In this document: positions 24,201 through 36,600 of the stretch, piece after piece
Layout: the number at the start of each line of letters is the position of its first letter
How positions within the stretch are numbered: position 1 is the first letter of the stretch
Assembly (NCBI GenBank): GCA_965649765.1
Contig: OZ287756.1
Span: forward strand, 56,234,001 to 56,298,000
DNA length: 64,000 nt
Reading direction: 5' to 3'
Source: Bispira polyomma
Taxonomy: Eukaryota
The notes under the pieces: model-generated
Told to the model about the DNA's origin: nothing
Database searches by the model: none
What the model saw: the letters and a program-made list of their open reading frames with translations, nothing else
Position numbers and translations under genes: made by a program

Positions 24201-27200
24201 AAAAACCAGTTCAACCAGTTTGTTTATCTAAATAAAACAAGTTACAACCTGTTAGCTGTCTTCCAAAACAGTTGTTGAAGAATTAATTTCTAAAGTTTGA
24301 CTAAATGTAACCATACAAAAATTTAAATGAAATTTTTATCTTTCTCAGCATTATTGCTCCTAACTCATTTCTGTGCCTTATTCTAGTTTTGTTTACTGTA
24401 TAAATTCCACATGTTAAAGGATCTACAAAACTTTGTTTTAATTTTCTTCCTAAAATTCTTGTCATTTTCTTTTTTAAAAACTAGTTAAAAACTTGTTGTC
24501 GGTTGGTTTTTGCTAAACCAACAACAATCATGGTTTAAGAAAATTCCAAAGTAACTGCAGCTCTAAAAATAATCTCACAACGATACATGTATATGTGTAA
24601 AAATGAATAAAAACAATACAACCCAACCACAACAACGGAAACATTTAAGTTAAACCACTGGTAACTATTGTAACTATTGCCAAACGAAAATCTACACCCA
24701 AACTTTGTGCCACCATACAAAAAGAGTACTGAGTTACTACACTGATGTTCGGGTCATAATTATTATACCGCTTTGTCGAATTTTTTTCTTCTCACACAAA
24801 ACATGGATATCAACTGTGTACTAACATAGATCCGAAAAAAAATAATAAATAAATAAATATAGATACTAGTACTATCTGCTGAAAAGAATCCAATATAACA
24901 TGTGTACCCACAGAAGAGAACTAGTACTTCTAATCTACATTCAAAAACATTTATAATTGTAGAATTGTCACGAGTTTCCCTGTCACCTGACACACATTAA
25001 ACCCATCACACAATTATTATACAACATCCTTACCTTTGGGTTCCAGTTGCTTGGAGGAGTGTCGTTTGCCAATATCTGCAAGGGAGCGCACCATCGACAT
25101 CCCTTTACCTGGAGAAATTTTTTTTAAAAAGACAAAAAGATCACTTAAAGAGTATGGGACTGTGTGTATTGCATGGGTGAGACAGGGCACTCTCTGGTAC
25201 TCAATAAGGAGCCCAATTTGTTGGGAAACCAAAGTGAAACTAGCGGGTACTCAAAAACGTACAGTTTTACAGTTAAAATCTCGACAACCATCTACCTGTA
25301 AAACAACCAGACAAAAACAACACTTGAAGAGTAGGGCTATGGCTGTGTATTGTGCTTGAAAATCTTATTGCGATATATTCCAGTTGCATTCGATATTCAG
25401 GTATTGCAATTTATTATCCACTCAGCCGTGAAATACAGCAATTTGGTGTGTAATACTTCAATGTGTTGTTGCACCCTTATTGAAGAGGTTTAAGCATCAA
25501 CCAGACTGAGGCTCTAAGAGTGATTCCCAAACTTTTCACTTTATTTTTCTGGATCATGGTAATTTCTTTTAATACTTTTTTTTGGGGTTGTAAAATTGAT
25601 GTAGCAAATGATGGCCAAGCAGGTAACACCCTTGCTTAGGAATACAGAGGACCTGGGTTTCAATCCCAGCCTTTGGGGAGTGACAGGTACAGGTAGATGT
25701 ATAGTGGCTCAGATGACCACTACAAAGTGGCAGAACTCTTGTGAATGGGTCCTATCACCAGTGGCAGGCTAAAGAACCTCGCATTGACATTGACATGAAT
25801 TCGAAAGTTGCGTCATTCACAAGCCTCTATCTTCAGTAAGAGGAATAATAACAGTTAGTGGTGTGAGTTTGCATGATTGACACTTTACAAGGGATTTAAT
25901 CCCATCCAAGTTGAGATCCTACCTCCAATACCTAACTACCAACTTGAATTTAATTAAGGGTTCTATGTCGCTTTCAAAAGCTTAGATCATATCAATGACA
26001 GCCATATTCAATGTTGGAAGAAACCAGTGCTAAAAAGCCATTGTAAACCAATGGCCTACAGCAAGTACCTGACAAACTTACCCACATAATATAGTAACAA
26101 AATGGATTCAAACCCACATTGCTGGGAGACGATAGTTATAATAAAGCAGGAGTTTCTAACCACTCGGTTACCACGGCCCCATACTATCCTTGAATTTCAA
26201 GCAGTATATATGAGTGTTTGGACATATTGTGTTTACCTTAAAAGTGATTTTCTAATTAAAAAAAAATAGTATAATACCTGTAAAATATTATTAAAAATTT
26301 TATATTGTGTAAGACAAAAAATTGTAGTTTTAAATGCTTTAAGAACATAAGCTATATGTGTATTACATCTCCTTAGGAGGATAATCCCGAGCTGAAGCAC
26401 GGTAAACCACAAACCTACAGTAAGCACCTGACAAACTTCCCCAATGAGGGAACGAATGTAATTCAAATCCACATTGGTGGGAGACCGGTGATTGTGAAGC
26501 AGGCGCTTTTAACCACTAGGTCAGTGCAACAGCCCCTAGCTATATCTATTTTACATCTCCTTTAAGAGGTTAATCCCCAGCAGGCCGATGTCCTAACACT
26601 GACCTTCTTTCTTCTGATGCTGATGTCTGTGTTTGGCCATTAACACGTCAAACGTCTGGTCTTTGTACTCAATGTTCAGGTGATTGCCAGCAATCATACA
26701 GTCCAGAACCATGTCTGCAAAAATAAAAATCAAGCCCAATATAAGACATAATACAGTGTCTGAACAAGGTATGTGTAAAAAAAACAGGTCACATACACTG
26801 GTGGCATAAGTATTGCAGTAATCGAAAACCGGGACGTAAAAACAGGAATGACATCCGGTATATTTTGTTTAATATCACAGTCTTCTGGTAAAACGTATAC
26901 CAGGTTTACATGAGTTATACCTTCCAACAGGAACTGACAGCTCAAAAACCTTTGAAACTCATAAACATTTGTTTCTTATAAGCGTAAGAATTAAATAAAA
27001 TTTTAATATTTTGATATGATAAGTGTAAAAAAAAGTAAAATATAAATATTTTGGAAGAATTCTAGTATTCCCCCTCACGTGTACGAATACATCTATTACC
27101 ATATAGGGATATTTAAATAACCCCCCTAAACCCAAACCCTCAGTTTAAGTGTAAAATATATTAAGGCTAAAGAAAGATGGCTCACTCCCCTAACCCTAAA

Positions 27201-30200
27201 AAAACACATTGCCTTCAACAATTATTTTCTTGGGGTACTACTTTTTAAAATAGTAGAAGTGAGGGGGGAATTCTAGACCTTAGCCAATATTTTTGCCAAC
27301 CATGCCTGAATGCACCGTACCTGAACACCATTAACAACACTAACACACACACTAGAGATGGGAGTCATATTCAAAATGATAATCGATCGGTGGGTAACAT
27401 ACGATCGAAAAATCAATTAATTGTATGACCTTGATTCAGGTGATGGCCATCAACTATATAGCGTCTGTTAGGGTGTCAGACAAGTTCATATTTATGCAAT
27501 GAAAAGAGACGTTTACACAGACAGACATTCACCAACCACTCACCGACTATAGTGTACAAGTCATTAGCCTCCATGTCTAACATGACTGTCCCCGACAGGA
27601 TGCCTTTCCTCAGTTCAAACAGCGAGTGCAGTGACAATGTGGCCACGTGGGGTTTAGACCAGCGCTCTCCACCTTCTTCCACATCTTCTTCAAACTTCAC
27701 CCACCTGACAGAGACAATTATAGTATAATGGCAGTCAGGGGTCGATGTTTCACAAAATATGGTGGTAGTCTGCAGACTACCTAATTTTTAGTTTTGGTAG
27801 TTTGGTCTACAAGTCTCTGTACAGGCCTCCTAAAATACCTCAACCTATATCTCACCCCTTACTCTCAGCAAGTCAATACCCGTCGTGGTAATCCTAACAA
27901 ATATATTTCTCAATGTTCCTACCTTTGATCGCAGCATAATAACACAGAACCAAATTCCATTTTAATCGTAGTTTGTCATGCACTGCACCTAAGTTATGGA
28001 ATGACTTACCACAAAATGTTAGATGCTGGCTTTCTCTTTCGAATTTTAGAAGTAAGCTTAAGACCCATCTCTATCAAAATGCTTATCCCTCCTGACACGG
28101 TCTTAGCATTACCGACTGTCTCCCTGGTAATTACCCCTTTTCCGTCCACCATAACATGATTACTGAAGAACGATTCTGATTTTTTTGCGCCTTAGAATCT
28201 ACTAGTTCAGAGATTAGATGCCATTACCGAATTGATTTGATTAGATTAGATTAGTCAAGACCAAAATTTGATGGTCAAGCTTAAATATAGTCAATTTGGC
28301 CATCAATACTTTTATTACGAGGATGAAACATATTTTGTACTTGTTATGACATTGTAATATACCTGCATCAGTAAAGGAGTAGAGTATTCAAGAGTTTTAT
28401 TGGGTTTAAAAAAATTTAGCATTAATGAGAGATTTCTGTTGTCTTTGCTTCTATGTAAACATCATATTTTCTATGTTATTTAAAGTGAAGGTAAAATTTT
28501 TGCCAATGAATTTTAAATTTAATGAAGCAGTCTGTCGGACTACAGTTTGCAAAGGTTTTGGTAGTCTGTTTCAATTTTTAGTCATCTGAAACTACCAGAC
28601 TACTGTATACATTGACCCTGATGAAGGTCGTACCACTTTCCAGGATTTTAAAAATGTTGTGTGTATATATACCACCGCTGTGCCTTGCTCCCACACTAGT
28701 TTTTGTTTTTACCTTGCTGTTTTTAGCCTTATTAATAGTATTTATCTATCACGGCTGTGCCACACTTAACTGACTGTGTGTGTTTTTATCTGGCTGTCTT
28801 TAGTAATACTCCCACATGTTTTTACCTGGCCATCTCCTTCCACTCCATGTACCACACTTAAGTGACTGTCAGTTTTTACCCCTATTAGTACCAGTGTTTA
28901 TCTATCACCCCTGTGCCACACTTAACTGACTGTGTGTTTTTACTTGTCAGTTTTCAGCCTTATTTTAAGTGTTTATCTATCACCCCTGTGCCATACTTAA
29001 GTGACTGTATGTGTTTTTACCTGTCATTTTTCAGCCTTATTAGTACCAGTGTTTATCTATCACCCCTGTGCCACACTTAAGTGACTGTATGTGTTTTTAC
29101 CTGTCAGTTTTAAGCCCTATTAGTACCAGTGTTTATCTATCACCCCTGTGCCACACTTAAGTGACTGTGTGTGTTTTTACCTGTCAGTTTTAAGCCCTAT
29201 TAGTACCAGTGTTTATCTATCACCCCTGTGCCACACTTAAGCGACTGTATGTGTTTTTACCTGTCATTTTTCAGCCTTATTAGTACCAGTGTTTATCTAT
29301 CACCCCTGTGCCACACTTAAGTGACTGTATGTGTTTTTACCTGTCAGTTTTAAGCCCTATTAGTACCAGTGTTTATCTATCACCCCTGTGCCACACTTAA
29401 CTGACTGTGTATGTTTTTACCTGTCAGTTTTAAGCCCTATTAGTACCAGTGTTTATCTATCACCCCTGTGCCACACTTAAGCGACTGTATGTGTTTTTAC
29501 CTGTCATTTTTCAGCCTTATTAGTACCAGTGTTTATCTATCACCCCTGTGCCACACTTAAGTGACTGTATGTGTTTTTACCTGTCAGTTTTAAGCCCTAT
29601 TAGTACCAGTGTTTATCTATCACCCCTGTGCCACACTTAACTGACTGTGTATGTTTTTACCTGTCAGTTTTAAGCCCTATTAGTACCAGTGTTTATCTAT
29701 CACCCCTGTGCCACACTTAACTGACTGTGTATGTTTTTACCTGGCCGTCTCCTTCCACTCCATGTCGTCCCCGTCAGTGCGGAGCTCTTCCATCTCACAG
29801 AACACATCGTGCGCCTGATGGTCGTCGTCCTCCTCCTCCTGGCCAAGGATGAAGGCCACGCGCTGGGACGGGGGGGTCGCTACAAGGGAAAGAGAGAGAG
29901 ATAAGATGTAAGTTAGAAACACAGCTAAAATACTGAGACACATTTCATGGTCCATAGCTATAAATACCATCTGTTGTGTTTTATCACTTTTTAATTATCG
30001 GAAAGACATTTAACTTCAAAATATATATTGTACAAAAATAGGAATCAGTTGGTCTTATTTATTAGACCTGATCGATCTAATTACCTTCTGTCAATCTACA
30101 TCCCAAACACATTGTCCGAATTCAATGAAACACCCTCAAATTAGAGACACATTTCGAGACCGGACCTAGTTATTTTGTGTAATTAACACCGCCTTTGTTA

Positions 30201-33200
30201 AAGGTTTAGATCGATGACCAAGAGGACCATGAAGTCCGGTCAAACATTACAAATATACAATAGGTTGCTTGAGAAAAAACTTCCTTCCATATACCGGTAC
30301 ATTACTTGAATCATAGACGAACAAGTAAAAGAGACAAATAAATACATTTGAATACACTTTTTACTAGTGGGTAAATTATTTGGGCTTGTTGAGATTGATA
30401 TTGAAAGTAAAATAACTTCAATATCGGCCGATATAGGGACAAAGAAAGTTGTGTAGAAACTTAAAACGTATTTCCAAAACGAAAACCTACCCGAATGAAA
30501 CCGGAAGTGAGAACCATTAAATATGTTTACAGTTAGTAATAAAAATGGACTGCAAATGGTTATAATTTAAAAGGTATTAACTATAAAATATCAATAAAAT
30601 TGTTTTTAAAATGTTATCCTAAGTTAAAATATGTATCATTTATGATATCGATGGGTTGGTATTACACATAGATATTGGAAAGCAAGAGCTCAAATAATAA
30701 ATATTGCCGATATCGATAACAATTTACCCACTACTTTTTCCTTTTGATTATAGTCTGAAGATCGGAATATTTACAAAAAAAAGAGTTTTACTAAAATATT
30801 ATTATATGTTTCAGTATGTTACAAATTACAATAAAAGCAAAGAACTATATTTTACAGTACAGATTTAAGAAAACAAAAATTATTATAATTGTAAACACTT
30901 TATTAAGAAGAAGTGCAGTATGGTACATGCTAAATTCAGGGCACAAAGCTGGTTTACCTCATTGAATTGAGGCAACAAACCAATACTTACACAACCCATA
31001 AATGTCTAAATATAACTTGCTTTTTATACTGTTAAAATAAACAATTGAAAGTGAAGCTCAGGAAAATTACGGTCTAGCAAACCTAATTAATTCTAGTACA
31101 TTAAGAAGCAATGAGGTAGGGCAATGAAAAGCTAGTAATAGGAAATGTGGAAAAAATAATACTTTAAAGTAAGGCACTTATGGTTCAAAACAGTTCACAA
31201 ATGTTAAATATAGTAAGGGGTAACTGGAAAGTTGACTACACTAATACATAATGATTAAAAGTCTTTCAAAATTTTTATGTCTGAAAATTTAATTACATTA
31301 ACCAAATTCATATGGCTTCCCAAGTTTCTAGCTCTTATTATTATTGTTTGTAGTAGTTTGTTTATTTGAATTTATTTAGATTTTACGTCACTTAAAACAG
31401 CTGTAGTTATAATTGGTTTTAAGAGGTGGAGAAAACCAGAGCTGTAGCACTGTAAACCACCAACCTAACAGTAGCAAGTACCTGACAAACAGTAGTTTGT
31501 TTAAAACCTAACAATACACCTCTAATTTTTTTTATCCATGTTGGTTGGTTGGTTTGTTTGTCACCAAGATTGTAACTAGTAAGTAAACCACTGAACATAA
31601 TGTTTGTGTGGAGTGATGGTGCAATTAGGCTGAGGAAGCATTCATCACATTTTAGAGCAAACAAAGGACTGAAAGAAGCCAAGATTATATTTCCCTCATA
31701 TATCAGTGGTCGTTTTGTATATAAAATATTATGAAATTCTTGTATATTAAGAGGTTAGGTTGATGTTATTTTATTAATTCTGGTTATAAATAATTGGATT
31801 TATGAGTTTTCTTGTGCATCATTATCTGTCGATGACTGCTTAATGTTATCAACAAATGTATATACTTACTAACTAGATGATTTGTCAAATCCTCTACTCT
31901 CTTTAATTAAGTACAGGTAAACACATGTGATAGACACACACTGAGCTCAGGAAATGAAATTCGTCAAAAAGTGGTGGAAATAATGTTATTAATGTATCAA
32001 GAGAATTCAGAAAGACAGAGAGAGAGAGAAAGTGTGGAAAAAAGGCACTCTGGAAAAAAGACACAAGGAAAAAAGACACATTGGAAAAAAAGACTTGGGA
32101 CACTTTTCCATAATTTCAAAAACAGAGGATAGTATTCCCAAAATGGCCAGGGGCCGTATTCACTAAAGTTCTTATACTTGGAATTATTCTTATACTTAGA
32201 ATTATTCTTATACTTAGAATTATTGTTAGAAAAATTTATGTACTTATAATTTTTTTCTTATTCTTAAGTTAACTTTAGTTAAGAAAAAGATTATGCATTT
32301 CTATTCACAATTCTTAGCTTAAGTTAACTTAAGTTAAGAAAAAGATAATGTATTTCTATTCACAATTCTTAGCTTAAAAAATTCTTATTCTAAGAATAAG
32401 CATGTGAAAATTCTTAAAATAGAAAATTTTCTAAGTACAAAAATGATTCTTATTCTAAGTATAAGAATGATTCTAAGTATAAGAACTTTCGTGAACACGG
32501 CCCCTGGTCGAGACATTGTCCTAAAACGTAGCACAAAAGTATATGCTAGTTCTAAGACATTAATGTTCCAGTCATTTTATGAATACCGCCCCTAAACTGT
32601 CTTTTTTCCCCTAGATTCAAGACACACAGACTCCAGTAAGTCAAACCTACTGCCATCATCAATGATTGAGGTGTGAGATCCTCCTCCCTGGTAACTGTCT
32701 TCCACTGAAAGGACTGGAACAGAAGCCAATGTACTCATATGACTGTCTTGTTATGTATACAATAAGTCATATAATCTCAGTCTAAGTTTTTATAAATATC
32801 TAGATTTGCTCACACTTCTTTTTCCCTTTTGGGGGTTTAAATGAGAGCATTTTGTAGGATATCCTGTGTTCCCTTAGGGTGTCAGCAGTAGCTTCTATAC
32901 CACCAGGAGCTGTACTCACGAAAGGGCTATTAAAGCCCAGACTTTGTCTTAGATCTAGTATGCTTTTGTGCTAGATTTAGGACAATGTCTAGACTTAGCC
33001 ATTTTGTGAATACTGCCCTGCGCCCGAATTCATACACGGACTTAGCCGAGCGTCAGGCTTAAATGTAGCACAAAAGTATAAACTTCAGAACATAAAATAA
33101 AAACACCTAGTCCACAAAAAAATATACATACATGTACACTCCAAAAGGGATTATTAACCAGTGGGCTAAATCTGCAAAATCTATCTTTTAATATTTTCAA

Positions 33201-33571
33201 CACTGCCTGAGGGTTACATACGTGTAACAATTTTTTTTAAATCTAGCTCAAAAGTATAGAATCTACTAGATCCAAGACAAGTCTCTGCTTAACCCTTTTG
33301 TGAATACCACCCTGGCGACTAGGAAACATTAATTTGACAGAACACAGAATTGGTCTATATATACATGTACATAATACTATATACCCTAAACTCCCTCATA
33401 ATAGCCCATGGGCTTTTAAATTGAACTTAAGGAAATGTAGGGGATGGGCTCTAAAGACAATGTGTTTGTTTTTTTTCATTTCAAATTTTAACAGTAGAAT
33501 CTATTTAAAGAAAACTAGGGGTGGGCTCTTATGAAAGCATTGGCTATTACAAGGGAGTTTAGGGTAGATTC

Positions 33572-33602
<31 letters not shown>

Positions 33603-36600
33603 ATATTGAGAATCCATCTGAAGGGCATATATCTTTTGAAGGACATTCATCATGACTCAGAGGGTACTTGTATAAAGTATATAGTGGCTGGGTTTTTTTT
33701 GCCAATGATTGATTTCTTTCAAATCACAGGTTAACAAAATTGATAGCCCAGTTAACCCCACAGACAAAGTGAACAAATAAGAACGACTTTTCAGGAAAAA
33801 GAGAAATCTATATTATATACTGATACTCAGGCCTCACAGTATAATACTAAGCTAATCACGTATTAAACTTTATGCTAAAACTTAAAACAATCTGCAAAAC
33901 TATATCCAGCTGTGTCTTAAAATGTGTAGAATTATAAAGAGATCTAAACTACATATCAGAATTTTTTTACTGAAAACTATATTAGATGAATAGTATAATA
34001 TACCTAGGTTGCATGTATTACTCAAAGAGACTGCTCAGTCACACTGAATGTCTGGCTACATGTATTATTATAGCCCGGTCACACATACACAGAGCATCAC
34101 ACCATAACGGATATATGTAACTTTGAACCTCAGCACTCAGGATCGTAGTAAAAATTTGTGTATTATGATGTAATTTTCAGTGTTTAGCCATTCAGTAACA
34201 TCCAGTAACGTCCAGTCACATTCAGTAACGTTAGTTAGTTATGTTACACAATGAATTTAAAAGGTAAAGCCACTTAGTAGCAGGAATACTTAAGTTTATT
34301 ATCCGTTTTTAGGGCCCGTATTCACTAACAGACTAAGCTAAGTGTTTGGATTAAATCTAGCACAAAAGTATCTCATTTTGCTGTTTTATATTGTAAATTT
34401 ACCAATATAACCAATATTTACCAATATAATTATTGTCTCATCTTCTGTCTCATCTTCTGTTTTGAGACTTTTCGTCTCATTCTGTTGTTCTATATTGTAA
34501 ATTTGCCAATATAATTACTGTCTCATCTTCTGTTGCTACATGTTGGTGTAGTTGTACTTAGCTTAAGGTCAGGCTATAGTGTGGGGTGCTAGGGTGCCCG
34601 TGAGTCGCCCACGGGACGAAGAATTGTGCGGTGAGTTGTAGGGACAAGCTTTCTGAGGCTCCCCACTGTTGAGTTCAGGTTAAGGGCTTCTTCTTTTTCT
34701 ACAACCTCACTAGGCATGTTTCTGCTTCGGGTTGTCCTTTTTTCAGCACTGTTTGCTGTGGCTATGGCTCATAGGTATGAGTTGTTGCATCAGAGTGTTG
34801 CTCATACATCAGCAACCTCATTGGCTAAAGTTGCAAAAAATTTTTCATACACTTGTTCTTGTCGTAAATTTCCTACCACCATTAATGGAAGAGGTCTTGT
34901 TTTGTTACTTTTACTCGCCGGCGATGTGTCCCTTAACCCTGGCCCTGTCATGCTCGGGGTGTTAAATGCTAGATCCGTGAGGAACAAGGGTCCACTCCTT
35001 GCAGATATTGTGACATCGCACGACCTCGACTTCCTTTGTGTTACTGAGACCCATGTCCGTCTATCTGATACGGATAGCTTCCTACGGTCTATTACTCCTC
35101 CAGATTTTGTGTTTCCTCAAACGCCTCGTCCCTCACGTATTGGTGGCGGTGTTGGTTTCTTCATCAGATCCTCCTACAAACCAAATAAAATAGATTCTCC
35201 TGTCTATCAATCCTTTGAAAATATGGTGGTGTTAATTGGGCTTCATGGCCGCTCACTGTTGCTTGCCTGCGTCTATCGCCCTTCAGGATCCTGCACCTGT
35301 AATTTTTTAGAAGAATTTATGTCTTTTGTTGGTTTCTTGTCTTCCATTAACAGTTCATGTCATATCTGTGGTGACTTTAACATCCATGTTGATGCACCAG
35401 TTGGTGACGGTCATAAATTTATGACCTTTCTTGATTCATGCGATTTAAAATAGTTAGACAACCTACCCATCTGCATGGTCACATTCTGGACCTTATTTTA
35501 TCTCCTTGTGATCAGGATGCTATTGTGGATGTCAAAGTCTGTGATTGCATATCGGATCATGCATTAGTCAAATGCTCAATTGCCTCTCCCCCACAGGTGG
35601 CTCATATTCCCAATACAGTGCATTATAGGAGGTACCACCGTATTAACATGTCTGACCTCCGTACTGATCTTGAGAGTACTTCCTTTATTAAGTCACCTGC
35701 CAATTCTGTAGCCAAACTTTATGAACAATACATACATGACTTGGGTGATGTACTAGATAAGCATGCACCACTTGTATCCAGAATGTCAAAGAAAGATTCT
35801 GTGCATTGGCTCTCTGATTCTTACCGACGGGCAAAATCTCTCAGGCGCCAATATGAAAGAACTTGGCGAAGGGCCAAGAATCCATTAAATAGAAGTCGAC
35901 TACGTCGCCAGATTGCTCGGTGCAATGTACTTGTTAACGAGGATAAGTCGGTGTATTACAGTAAACTTATCTCTGACAACAGTCACAACTCCAGGAAGCT
36001 GTGGCACGAACTGCGCAAGACCCTTAATATGGATACCAATGTGGCACTCCCGTTCCATGATTCTGATAAATCACTAGCTGATAAGTTTGCTTCCTTTTTT
36101 TTTTGGACAATATTAAGAGAATTAGAGATACTTTTGTTGTCTCTGGAACTAAAATTGATGTTCATCCTCTTTCTGATCCCCCAGAAATTACTGCCTTTAC
36201 CAGAGTCTCTGAAGATGATGTTAGTAAAATAATAAGTAACTCGCCTACAAAATCCTGCATGTTGGATCCATGGCCAACATCTCTTATTAAAGAATGTAGT
36301 GATATATTACTCCCATCCATTACAAAACTTGTAAACTGCTCACTTACGGAGGGACATGTACCTGATGGTTTTAAAACAGCTGTGGTTACTCCTCTTATTA
36401 AGAAGGCTTCTCTTCCGGTTGATGACCTGAAGAATTATCGCCCTGTATCTGGTCTTAGTTTCATATCAAAACTGGTTGAACGCGTGGTTGCTAGGCAACT
36501 GTTAGATCACATCTTTGTCCACGACTTAGACAACCCATACCAGAATTGGCTCTACTCTGTCCGATCTTTGTAAACTCTTGTTTGGTGTCCCTCAAGGTTC

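Noticed and set aside
34596-34625. Hammerhead-like gtgagtc...gacgaa in the LINE leader
   Set aside because: The core lacks CUGANGA and GAAA
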